From: Salinispira sp. | GTDB lineage: Bacteria; Spirochaetota; Spirochaetia; DSM-27196; Salinispiraceae | Direction: 5' to 3' | DNA: 64,000 nucleotides | Assembly (NCBI GenBank): GCA_965602015.1 | Contig: OZ271918.1 | Span: 2,272,001-2,336,000 of the forward strand | In this document: positions 18,173 to 27,277 of the stretch, in pieces | Numbering within the stretch: position 1 is the stretch's first letter | Layout of the letters: each line of letters starts with the position of its first letter | The notes under the pieces: model-generated | Told to the model about the DNA's origin: nothing | Database searches by the model: none | What the model saw: only the letters and a program-made list of their open reading frames with translations | Made by a program: the position numbers and the translations under genes

Positions 18173-19819
18173 ATGCCGATGAAATTTCGAATCGGCCGCT
18201 TTATTCCTTTCGGGATTTTAGCGACCGTGCTGACCTTAACAGTCCTGCTCGTAATCAACAATGCGGAAGACCGGCGTTACGTAGCCTCATTCCGGGATGA
18301 AAAAACCCAGGCAAGCCTCTACATCCGCTCGACGATAGAACAGGAGTTGAACTCCCGCCTGTTTATTATCAGCGGGCTATACGGTCTTGTGCGCTACAAT
18401 CCCGAGCTGACCATGGATGAGTTTCTTACCTATATCGATTCCATTCCCCAGGAGGTCGCACGGGTCCAGTCAATCCAGTTGGCTCCCGGAGGCACCATTG
18501 CCATGCTCTATCCCCTGGAAGGAAATGAGGAAGCGCTTGGTCTCGATTTATACGCTCTGGATCATGTACGGCCCATTTTGGATGAAATCCGCAGCGAGAA
18601 TCGCTTTATGGTTCAAGGTCCGATTTCCCTGGTACAAGGGGGGAACGGCATCCTCGGAAGAACACCGGTGTTTCTCCGCAATGGCGATTTCTGGGGCTAT
18701 CTGGCGGTGCTTATAAATTTCGACGATTTGATGGATTTTGTCGGGGAGCTGGCAATTCAGCGGGATCTTCTTATCGGGCTGAGAGGTTTTGACGGCAGGG
18801 GCGCGGAAGGAGACTGGTTCTACGGCGATGAGGATATGAGCGATCCGGTGGTGAGCGAAGTGCTGTTTCGCGGTGGCAGCTGGATTCTTCACGCAGCCCC
18901 GGTTTCCGGCTGGCCGCGAACCAGGCCTTCATCGCGAAGTTTTGTTATTCTGAGCGCCATTGCCGCACTCTTCATCGGCGCCGCCGCAGCCTATGTCGCC
19001 GCCATACGCGCCGGCCAAAGTCAGCGAAATGCCGAGCTGCTGGTTCTCCAGCAGCAGCTGATAAAATCCGAGCGGAGCGCCGTTTTAAACGAAACCGTGG
19101 CCGGTATTTCCCACGAGGTGACAAATCCGCTTGGGGTGGCCTACACCGCCCAATCGGTTATTTCCGATGAACTGCGAAGCCTTGCCGCAGCCATAGGTGG
19201 AGAGGGACCATACGCCGCGCAAATTGGCAAACTCCGCCAAAGCTCCGAGCTGGCACAGGGAAATCTCGAGCGGGCGAAGGAGCTGCTTTCCAGTTTTCGC
19301 AGCGTCTCCGCAGCCCAGTTCGCCGATGATCTGGACGAGTTTAACATCGTTCAAACCGTGGAGCAGTGTGTCGAATTGCTCAAGCCGGAAGCACGGAAAA
19401 ACCGGATAAGCCTGCAGTTCGAAGCCTCCGGTGAGTTTATTCCGGTTCGAAGCTATTCCGGGGCCATCTCAATAGTTGTCACTAACCTGGTGCTCAATGC
19501 CCTTCGCCACGGCTTTATCTCCGCTACACCCATTGAAAATCCCCGGGTGACCCTTTCATTGAGACCGGAGGGGGAAGAAATCGTATTAAAAGTCAGGGAC
19601 AACGGAATCGGCATCGCCGAACAAGTCCGGCCGAGCATCTTCAGACCATACTTCACCACCGCAAAAGACCGCGGAGGTACGGGTTTGGGCTTGAGCGTGG
19701 TGCACAGCCTGGTGAGTGAGAATCTCAGCGGTGACATCGACGTGGCCAGCAACCCCGGCGAGGGCAGCGAGTTTACCGTCCACTTTCCCCGCCGGATTTC
19801 AGGGGCAGAGCAGGTGTAG
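18173..19819 (+). CDS. membrane histidine kinase with CHASE-like sensor domain
   Basis: TM-periplasmic-TM layout with YPLEGNEEALGLDL and GPISLVQGG CHASE-like motifs. AGISHEVTNP H-box, NLVLNA, DNGIG and GTGLGL. Confidence 0.87.
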   Translation: MPMKFRIGRFIPFGILATVLTLTVLLVINNAEDRRYVASFRDEKTQASLYIRSTIEQELNSRLFIISGLYGLVRYNPELTMDEFLTYIDSIPQEVARVQSIQLAPGGTIAMLYPLEGNEEALGLDLYALDHVRPILDEIRSENRFMVQGPISLVQGGNGILGRTPVFLRNGDFWGYLAVLINFDDLMDFVGELAIQRDLLIGLRGFDGRGAEGDWFYGDEDMSDPVVSEVLFRGGSWILHAAPVSGWPRTRPSSRSFVILSAIAALFIGAAAAYVAAIRAGQSQRNAELLVLQQQLIKSERSAVLNETVAGISHEVTNPLGVAYTAQSVISDELRSLAAAIGGEGPYAAQIGKLRQSSELAQGNLERAKELLSSFRSVSAAQFADDLDEFNIVQTVEQCVELLKPEARKNRISLQFEASGEFIPVRSYSGAISIVVTNLVLNALRHGFISATPIENPRVTLSLRPEGEEIVLKVRDNGIGIAEQVRPSIFRPYFTTAKDRGGTGLGLSVVHSLVSENLSGDIDVASNPGEGSEFTVHFPRRISGAEQV

Positions 19820-19825
19820 AACCGC

Positions 19826-20941
19826 CTACAAAAATCTCGGCGCAATCAGCGCAAGGGTTACTATGAGCCCGGCCAGATACCATACTTTATTCCATTTGAA
19901 CACCCTGTATCCGTCCATTCCCTCGAATGGAATAAAGGGAAGCGCCTGGTAAATGAGCACCGGGGTATACAGCGCCTGCAGTCCCTCAGCCAGGCCGGAG
20001 GGTCGCAGGAGATAGCTCGCAGCAAAAATCGCCAGGGTGGCAGCCCAGGCGGCGAGAGCCGCCCTGCCCTCATATTGCTTGAACCGGGAATAATGCCAGA
20101 TGCTCTGTTTGGGAACCCACATGCCGAAATGAGGCCACCATGCTCCAAGAAGCCCCAGAAAAACACTGTAAAAACCCCCGCCATGGGCATTCTGAAAGCC
20201 CAGTTTGCCATAGGCCCGGGCGAAGGGGAAGCTCACCAGCATCCGCACTAAAGTTGTGCCGATTATCATAGTCCCTGCCCCAAGGAGCCAGTCAGCGCCT
20301 ACACGGCCAAATCGTCCGACGCCCAGCGCGGCGATAGCGGCAATGAGCAGGCCGACGGCAATGCCCCGGACCGCTCCGGGCGGCCGGTGGGTTTGGCGGC
20401 CAACAGGGCTGGTAGTTGGGCCGGTAGTTCGGCTGGTAGTTGGGCTGGTAGTTTTGCCGTCGGGTTGCTGAATGGAATCGCTTCGCAGCCAGAGACTGTA
20501 TCCCGTATTGGCAAAAGTCATCAAAAAGAGATACAAGAATCCACCCAGGGAATACGGAAAAATGCCCCGGAAGTACGACGGGATGTAAAACCCCCGCTCT
20601 GCGAACATATTCCATGACGGCGTATTATCGTCCCTGATCAGCGCAAGCTTGTCCCCGCAGCCCGTGGCGCTCAGCTCAACCAGTCCGCGCTCCAGAAGCT
20701 GCGGTCCGAGTCCCCGGCCCCTGCCGGGTTTATCGACAAAGATAAAATCGATCATACCGGCGCTCTTCCCGATTTTTTTGAGAATTACCCCGCCGACCAT
20801 GAGCCCCGACCCATCCTGTGCGTAGACCGCCCATTTTGGTTTGGCTGGTACAATAATCCCGCTGCCGGGGCCAAAAACTTTCCGGGCCAATGCGGCGACG
20901 GCTCTCGCTTCCTCATCACTGCGGACTGCGAAGTATTCCAT
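19826..20941 (-). CDS. GNAT acetyltransferase fused to a membrane domain
   Basis: FVDKPGRGRGLG acetyl-CoA motif A and N..SWNMF..RGF. The C-terminal half has multiple TMs. Confidence 0.78.
   Translation of the reverse strand: MEYFAVRSDEEARAVAALARKVFGPGSGIIVPAKPKWAVYAQDGSGLMVGGVILKKIGKSAGMIDFIFVDKPGRGRGLGPQLLERGLVELSATGCGDKLALIRDDNTPSWNMFAERGFYIPSYFRGIFPYSLGGFLYLFLMTFANTGYSLWLRSDSIQQPDGKTTSPTTSRTTGPTTSPVGRQTHRPPGAVRGIAVGLLIAAIAALGVGRFGRVGADWLLGAGTMIIGTTLVRMLVSFPFARAYGKLGFQNAHGGGFYSVFLGLLGAWWPHFGMWVPKQSIWHYSRFKQYEGRAALAAWAATLAIFAASYLLRPSGLAEGLQALYTPVLIYQALPFIPFEGMDGYRVFKWNKVWYLAGLIVTLALIAPRFL
20406..20453. repeat. 12-bp tandem repeat x4, in frame (TTSP/TTSR/TTGP/TTSP linker)
   Basis: GGGCTGGTAGTT, GGGCCGGTAGTT, CGGCTGGTAGTT, GGGCTGGTAGTT. 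Confidence 0.9.
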
Positions 20942-20954
20942 GGAGCCTCCCCAA

Positions 20955-21086
20955 TCAGCTCATTTTTTTCGGTTTACAGAGTTTTTTGCTGTTCTTTGCG
21001 CTCCGCTCGCATTTTTTGCAGATGTAGCAATCTCCGGCATGATTTTTTTCCCGGTATTCCTTTTTGCTGAGTTTGCAGCGCTTCAT
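20955..21086 (-). CDS. 43-aa Cys/Lys-rich small protein (not in the ORF track)
   Basis: MKRCKLSKKEYREKNHAGDCYICKKCERSAKNSKKLCKPKKMS. It has its own promoter, and its stop lies 13 nt before the GNAT start. Confidence 0.7.
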   Translation of the reverse strand: MKRCKLSKKEYREKNHAGDCYICKKCERSAKNSKKLCKPKKMS

Positions 21087-21196
21087 GGCCTTTACTATAG
21101 TCTGCGCCACTGACGATTGCCACCGACGAACGAAAGGGATTTAACAATACGCAAACTCCGGAGTACAATGGAGCCAGGGGGACATGCCGAGCGCCG

Positions 21197-24100
21197 ATGG
21201 CGGCAGGTATTGACACAGATATGGGCCCGATAGAGGATAATCTACAATATCTCGTCAGAATTCTCGAGAAAGACACCGAAGGTTTCAGACTCCTGCTGTT
21301 GTATGCCGGCAGAGACAGCGCTGAACAGGCGGTGGATGTCGGCCGTTTTACTTCAAACAACGGCGTGCTGCGGATTTACCCCCTCGATTCTCCGGCCCGG
21401 GAACCCTATTTTCCCTTTCTGAGGATGGTCCTCGAAAGCGCCGGTCCGGTAAACATGTATCCGGCCCAGAAGGAACTGTGGGAGCAGGTCGCACAAGACA
21501 AACCGGTGAGACGGGGAGAAGAAGTTTTACCGGGGGAGCGGGAATACGAGTACGGAAAATTAATTGACACCCTCCACCACAGCCTCGCCGAAGCACTCTC
21601 CCCGGGAGAGCTGATCTTCATCCCCAACGGCCACCACCTCCGGCAGGCCAGCGTCGATGTCATTGAGGCTCTTGCGGCGGGCGAGAGCCCCATGTTTATA
21701 ATCTTGTCGATGGATCCGGCAATCTCGCCGGAACTCAGCGACCGGCTATCCCAGCTTGCCGAGACCCACGGAGCGGTTCTCGATTTGGGCGACGACATAT
21801 CCCGAAAACATCATGAGCCCCCATCCCCCTCAAACATTTTGTCGGGTTCGCCACTTCAACGGGCGTATTCGGCTTTTCACTTCATGGATTATTCCTGCGC
21901 CGAATATCTGCTGCAGCTTGCTGCGGAGGGAGAGCCTGACTCGGCTATCGAGCTCTTAAAAGGGCGTATTTTCCTTAAAAAATCCCTGGACGGTGATGCC
22001 CTGACCTCATTTCAAAACGCCCTCACCTGCGCCCAGCATGAAGGCGATGATTTAGCCGTCGCCGAGTCATATTATCAGTTGGCCCGGGTTTACTTCGATC
22101 GGGAGGACCTTTCGCAATGCGAAGCCATGGTGCGCCTCTGCGCGAAAAACGCCGGAGTTGTTTCTGACCCCCGGCTGCTGTTTTACGCGGATTTTTTTCG
22201 CTTTCTTATTGAGGACAAGCAGAGAAAGTTTTCCCCCGAGAGCTTTCGGCAGCAATACTTCAATCTGCTCTCCGCAGCCGAAAGCCTGGGCTACCACTTG
22301 AGCTATGTCTACGTCAGCGTGAACCCATTTGGGCTGTACTCGAACTACGACGCCGAAATAGAAGCGCAGCACGCCCGGGGAATCGAGCTCTGCAGGGAAC
22401 TCGGCAATGAACATCTGCTCGCCTTCGGCTTTCAGACCCTCGGTTTGGCAAATGCGGTCCAGGGCAGGTACTCGGAAGTCCTACCGTATTATGAGAAGAA
22501 TCTCGAACTGACAAAAAAACTCGGTCACCCCCTTCAGATAGCCTATTCGCGAAACGGCCTCGGCTTTTTTAACTATCTGATGGGGGAATACGATGAGGCC
22601 CAGCGGCAATACCGGCAGGCCTTATCCCTCCTGCTTAACTGCGACGACCTGCATGAGATCGGCATGACCCTCTTTAACATGGGCATGAACGCCCTGCTTG
22701 CCCGCAAGGCTGAACAAGCCATGCAGTTTTTCAAATTCTGCCTGGAGCTGCTGGAAACCCGGGGGCGGCGAAATCTGGCATACCATTCCGAACTGGGCAT
22801 CCTGGTGGCCTACGCCGTCGCCTGCTACAATGCGGGGAACTGGGCCAAAGCCTGGCAGATCGACGTGGATATTACCCGGAAAAAACTGAAACCAATACCC
22901 GATAAAAACGAAGAATATTTCCTCCTGCACATGCTGGAAGCCCGCAAACATGAACAGCACGGCGATTTTGCCGAAGCGCTGCGCTGCTTCGATGAGGCCC
23001 GGGAGTTTCTCTACCGGAAGAACGACAATATCAGCTATTTTGAGGCGTTCTTTATGTACGAAATGCAGGCATTTTACGGCCGCCGGGAGGATTCCCAGGC
23101 CCGGAATGCCCAGCTCGATGCCCTAAAGAAGTCTTTAAAGAAACGGCAGAACAGCTTTTACACCGAGCTGATCGACGGAAAAAACAGCACAGAAGACGAG
23201 TTCTGGGACATTGAAGGCACCCTCAGTTCCGTGGTTCAAAAAGCCCGGCAGGACAGGGAGCTCAACCGGATGTACGGCAAAATGCGCGAACTGCAACTGG
23301 TGAGGGATATACAGGAACTCTTCGTGCACGCCGATCAACGATCAGATTTGATCCGGCAGCTTATCGACCGCATCTTCTCGACCCTCGACGTGCGGGAGGT
23401 CGGCTTCAGAAAATCGGGGAAATCCGGCGATTATTACCTGCGCTGCATACCCGATGAACACCCCGATCCCCTGCGCCTGTTTAGTTCTGCGCTTCCGTCG
23501 GAAAACAGGGATGAAATCGTCAGGATTACCGTCCGGGGTGAAAGCGGAGAATACGGAATCCTGGCCATGCGATTCCCTGCGGAAGACAGCTCCCAGGAAG
23601 ATAGCGCCCAACTATTGCCGATCATCGCATCCCAGCTCGCCCTGGCCTTCGAGCGCATCGGTCAGCTCGAGCTCATCGAAAAGCAGAATTCCCGGCTTCA
23701 GATCAGCAACCAGGAACTGCGAAAGCGATCGCTCACCGACCCGCTCACGAATATCGGCAATCGGGCGGCGCTCCGCCAGTCCCTCAACCGGTACTGCGCG
23801 GTATACCGCCGCAGTGATACCCGGGGACTGTTCTCCCTCTTATTCATCGATCTGGATAATTTCAAAATCGTAAACGATCTGCTAGGGCATGATCAGGGTG
23901 ATGAACTGCTAAAGGCCGTGGTGAATGAAATGGGCCGTCAGGTACGAGAAAGCGATGAGCCCTTTCGCTTCGGGGGAGACGAGTTTATTTTACTATTGCC
24001 GGCAACCGACGGCGACGGTGCGGAAAAAACGGCGGAAAAGCTCATTAATTCCCTGCGGGCGGAAAACCTGATGCCGCCGGAGCAGCTCAAGCTCATACCC

Positions 24101-24259
24101 GAGAGGCGGCGCATGTCGGTCTCCATCGGGGTAGTCTGTCCCAACGACATGCCAAGCGTTCAGATACGAGCCGAGGACCTGCTGGGAATTGCGGACCAGG
24201 AAATGTATACCGCAAAAAAACAGGGGAAAAACCGCTACTCCCGCTTTCGCTCAGAATAA
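21197..24259 (+). CDS. TPR-containing diguanylate cyclase
   Basis: Helical TPR-like repeats, GAF-like segment, TDPLT, IDLDNFKIVNDLLGHDQGD, RESD I-site and intact GGDEF. Confidence 0.9.
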   Translation: MAAGIDTDMGPIEDNLQYLVRILEKDTEGFRLLLLYAGRDSAEQAVDVGRFTSNNGVLRIYPLDSPAREPYFPFLRMVLESAGPVNMYPAQKELWEQVAQDKPVRRGEEVLPGEREYEYGKLIDTLHHSLAEALSPGELIFIPNGHHLRQASVDVIEALAAGESPMFIILSMDPAISPELSDRLSQLAETHGAVLDLGDDISRKHHEPPSPSNILSGSPLQRAYSAFHFMDYSCAEYLLQLAAEGEPDSAIELLKGRIFLKKSLDGDALTSFQNALTCAQHEGDDLAVAESYYQLARVYFDREDLSQCEAMVRLCAKNAGVVSDPRLLFYADFFRFLIEDKQRKFSPESFRQQYFNLLSAAESLGYHLSYVYVSVNPFGLYSNYDAEIEAQHARGIELCRELGNEHLLAFGFQTLGLANAVQGRYSEVLPYYEKNLELTKKLGHPLQIAYSRNGLGFFNYLMGEYDEAQRQYRQALSLLLNCDDLHEIGMTLFNMGMNALLARKAEQAMQFFKFCLELLETRGRRNLAYHSELGILVAYAVACYNAGNWAKAWQIDVDITRKKLKPIPDKNEEYFLLHMLEARKHEQHGDFAEALRCFDEAREFLYRKNDNISYFEAFFMYEMQAFYGRREDSQARNAQLDALKKSLKKRQNSFYTELIDGKNSTEDEFWDIEGTLSSVVQKARQDRELNRMYGKMRELQLVRDIQELFVHADQRSDLIRQLIDRIFSTLDVREVGFRKSGKSGDYYLRCIPDEHPDPLRLFSSALPSENRDEIVRITVRGESGEYGILAMRFPAEDSSQEDSAQLLPIIASQLALAFERIGQLELIEKQNSRLQISNQELRKRSLTDPLTNIGNRAALRQSLNRYCAVYRRSDTRGLFSLLFIDLDNFKIVNDLLGHDQGDELLKAVVNEMGRQVRESDEPFRFGGDEFILLLPATDGDGAEKTAEKLINSLRAENLMPPEQLKLIPERRRMSVSIGVVCPNDMPSVQIRAEDLLGIADQEMYTAKKQGKNRYSRFRSE

Positions 24260-24302
24260 GCCGAAGTGTGTGCAATCTATCATAAAAGCGGAATGAATCA
24301 AC

Positions 24303-24815
24303 TCACTCTGCCACCTGCACGGTGATTACCTCGCCGTAAATCATACTGTGATACGGCTCTCCGTCGTAAAAACCCGCAATGAGTTTTTCATCGATGATTC
24401 CCTCGGGACGAATCGCTTCCAAATATATTTTCCGGCATTCGATGCAAATATCCGCCTCCTGAAAAGAAGGCGCAGCCACCCGGGATGCCGCCACAGCATG
24501 CAATCCAGTCCTGGAAAGCTTATCGCCATCTCGTCCCGTCCATGCCCCCAAATGGCTCAGGTCCTTCCGGAATTCCCGGGGGAAGGCTGTGAGGGTAAAG
24601 CTTTCATACTCGCCGAGAAAATCGTGAGTGTAGCGGTTGGGGCGCACGGCGGCAATAAAACACGGCCGGTTCCACATGCTGCCCAAAAACCCCCACCCGA
24701 CCGTCATGCAGTTGTACTTTCCGGAGCTAAAATCCCCGGCTGTGAGCAGCATCCACCGCTGCAGCAAAAGCTCGCTTATTGATACCGTAAAATCATCGGG
24801 GTGGATTTCCCGCAT
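24303..24815 (-). CDS. flavin reductase family protein
   Basis: WMLLTAG..YNCMTVGWG..VRPNRYT..GRDGDK..YHSMIYGEV. SD GAGGAGG. Confidence 0.88.
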   Translation of the reverse strand: MREIHPDDFTVSISELLLQRWMLLTAGDFSSGKYNCMTVGWGFLGSMWNRPCFIAAVRPNRYTHDFLGEYESFTLTAFPREFRKDLSHLGAWTGRDGDKLSRTGLHAVAASRVAAPSFQEADICIECRKIYLEAIRPEGIIDEKLIAGFYDGEPYHSMIYGEVITVQVAE

Positions 24816-24855
24816 TGCCGTCCTCCTCTATACTCCATCTGCCCGATAGTATAGC

Positions 24856-25206
24856 ATGCATACCGAAGACCCGCTGGCTTTCGCACATATCGACATCGCA
24901 CATATCGACATCGCACATATCGACATCGCACCAAACGGCATATCGTCGGCGGTTCAAATTCATAACGAGTGGCTCAATCAGATTAATAATGGCTGGGATA
25001 TTTTCATACGCCCGTTTTTCGGGTTGAATATGCCCGGCAGCCCCTTACCCGTATTTCTTGTTGTCAGCGATGAAGGCCCTGGCCTGGCTTCGAACTATCA
25101 CGCCGGAAGCTACATCGGGCTCCGTCGGGAAAAAGTAGGCTTCTATATACGGGGTAAAATGGACCTGTTCCTTGGACTTCATTTTTCAGCTGGTGTGGTT
25201 TTTTAA
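24856..25206 (+). CDS. hypothetical protein, possibly a C-terminal fragment of a beta-barrel outer-membrane protein
   Basis: Alternating amphipathic strands ending ...LHFSAGVVF. No signal peptide or SD. Confidence 0.35.
   Translation: MHTEDPLAFAHIDIAHIDIAHIDIAPNGISSAVQIHNEWLNQINNGWDIFIRPFFGLNMPGSPLPVFLVVSDEGPGLASNYHAGSYIGLRREKVGFYIRGKMDLFLGLHFSAGVVF
24881..24931. repeat. 15-bp perfect tandem repeat x3.4
   Basis: TCGCACATATCGACA at 24881, 24896 and 24911, plus partial TCGCAC. Confidence 0.95.
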
Positions 25207-25290
25207 TGCCATAGGCTGTAGTTGTGGTGTTCTGTAAACCGGGGTTATAATTACCACCTCTTTTGATAAATCGCCCAGTGACCGGATAGT

Positions 25291-27024
25291 ATGAAGAAAA
25301 TTTTTGCAACAGCATACGTAATACTTCTCTCAGGCCTATTATACGGATCGGAGGGCCTTACCGTCGCAGTTATTCATGCGCAGGATGAACTGGGCCGGTT
25401 TCAAGCCAATCTGGAGCAGCGGGTCAATCAGTTGGCTGTCAATGACGGTGTAGACCTCCGTCTTCACGATATTTTTCTCAGTCTTTCGGATTCTGGTGAA
25501 AATTCCCGGTACAGTATCCTCGAATATCTCCAGGTTCAGTTAGAAAATCTCAGTCCGGACGTTGTGGTGGCCATGCTACCTGCTGCCATATCATTCATGG
25601 CCGAAGCATCCCCGCACATTGGCTCCGAGTTTCCCCTGCTGTACGCCGTCGCCCCCATGACTTTCCGCCCTCCCTCCTCGGCGGTGAGAGCAAAATCATT
25701 TTTTTCCACCGCAACAGCGATTTCCGCCGAAAAAACCCTTGAGCTTATGCGGGAGCTGCTGCCTGAGCGGGACCGGCTGGTGGTAATCAGCGGCGCTCAT
25801 CCCAGCGATCAGGCGTATCTGGAAATGCTAAAGCCAATTGTCGCTCAGGGCGCTCTATTTGACGGCGTAGAGTACCTCATCGGCATTCCCGAGAAGGACC
25901 TGCTGGAACGTATTGCCTCCCTGGATGAACGCAATGCAATTTTGGTCAGCAGCTACTCCACCGACAGCAACGGTACGCCATATGTTCTGGCCGACATCAT
26001 CGGAAACTGGTCCTCCGCCAGTTCCGCACCGATTTTTGGTTTTTATGACGCCATAATCGATACGGGGATAGTCGGAGGCTACGTCACCCGGGTGGACGCG
26101 TATGCAGAGGAAATGTACCGTCAGCTTCTAATTCTTGCCGGAGAGACGAGAGGTTCCCTAAACCCCTCAGCCCATGAGCTGGGACTTGTGTTGAATCGCG
26201 CAGAGTTGGGACGCTGGAAGATCGACACACGAAGAGCCGCTCCTTATCTGGCAGAGGCGATTGTTCTTGAAGCCGAGGATGGAACACTGACCCCTTCTGT
26301 GTACATAGGGCTTGCGGTGCTTGCCCTCGGAGTGATTACCATTCCGGTAATGCTGATTTCTCAATCATCGCGACGCGAAGCGAAAATAAGAAGAGAACTG
26401 AAAGACGCGCGGGTCTACATTGCAGAATCCAACCACCGGGTCAAGAACAGTTTCCAGCTGATCCAATCCTACATTCAAATAAAGTACCTATCATCCGGCA
26501 AGTCCGGCGACGGTGAAATGCTCCACGAGCTTGTCAGCAAGCTGGGGATTTTCGGCCGTTTCCACTCGGAGCTCGCAGTCAACTCCGCAGACGGCTGTGC
26601 ACCGGCCATAGACTTCCTCGAGAAATTCTCCCGTGATATGGAAGCCTACGGTCGCAGTTTGATTCCCGACATATCCTTTAACTATCGTGTAGATGAAATC
26701 TGCCTGACGCCTCAGCAGATGCTCAATACCTCATTTATACTATCAGAACTTCTGACGAACTCATTAAAATACGCCTTCCCCGCGGAATACCCCGGGGAAA
26801 AAACCATCGAGCTCACCATTGAAGACAAACCCGGTGCGGCAGTTATCCAGTACCGGGACAGCGGAGTCGGAATATCGAAGGAAGCTCAAAACGAATCCGG
26901 CGGCACAGGCCGGGCGATTATTAGGGGATTGCTGAGTCAGGTAGATGGAGACCTGGAAGAATCTTATGAGAGTGGCTATCAGGTCAGAATAACCTTCCCC
27001 GTTCCCCCTGATTCGGAACGCTGA
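25291..27024 (+). CDS. sensor histidine kinase (HisKA_2/HWE type) with a periplasmic binding-protein-like domain
   Basis: Signal peptide, PBP-like region, one TM, ESNHRVKN H-box, ELLTNSLKYA and DSGVG. Confidence 0.83.
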   Translation: MKKIFATAYVILLSGLLYGSEGLTVAVIHAQDELGRFQANLEQRVNQLAVNDGVDLRLHDIFLSLSDSGENSRYSILEYLQVQLENLSPDVVVAMLPAAISFMAEASPHIGSEFPLLYAVAPMTFRPPSSAVRAKSFFSTATAISAEKTLELMRELLPERDRLVVISGAHPSDQAYLEMLKPIVAQGALFDGVEYLIGIPEKDLLERIASLDERNAILVSSYSTDSNGTPYVLADIIGNWSSASSAPIFGFYDAIIDTGIVGGYVTRVDAYAEEMYRQLLILAGETRGSLNPSAHELGLVLNRAELGRWKIDTRRAAPYLAEAIVLEAEDGTLTPSVYIGLAVLALGVITIPVMLISQSSRREAKIRRELKDARVYIAESNHRVKNSFQLIQSYIQIKYLSSGKSGDGEMLHELVSKLGIFGRFHSELAVNSADGCAPAIDFLEKFSRDMEAYGRSLIPDISFNYRVDEICLTPQQMLNTSFILSELLTNSLKYAFPAEYPGEKTIELTIEDKPGAAVIQYRDSGVGISKEAQNESGGTGRAIIRGLLSQVDGDLEESYESGYQVRITFPVPPDSER

Positions 27025-27277
27025 CGTTACCTTACGGACTACTCTGAAGATTTTTTACCACTTCAATTGCAGTTCAAGTCAGGATTGATGCTTGGCGCAG
27101 CATATCAGCTGTTTTGGGGGCATTACCTAACTGTTTTCTTGCCGGTATTCCCGATCTATTTTCTCAGGCCGCCCGATGGAGCAAATACATATTTTCTGAT
27201 ATCCTCCGGTACTCTTGCTTGTGCTGCAAAGGTGAGAGGACATGTGCAGTACCCCAAAACGAGAAGAGGAACGGTTT

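Noticed and set aside
24881..24931. 15-bp repeat as a mini-CRISPR
   Set aside because: The units are directly adjacent with no spacers and too short, and there are no cas genes in the window.
27025..27277. 92-aa ORF or gene remnant upstream of glf
   Set aside because: It has a TTG start without an SD, overlaps glf out of frame, and has no recognisable motif.
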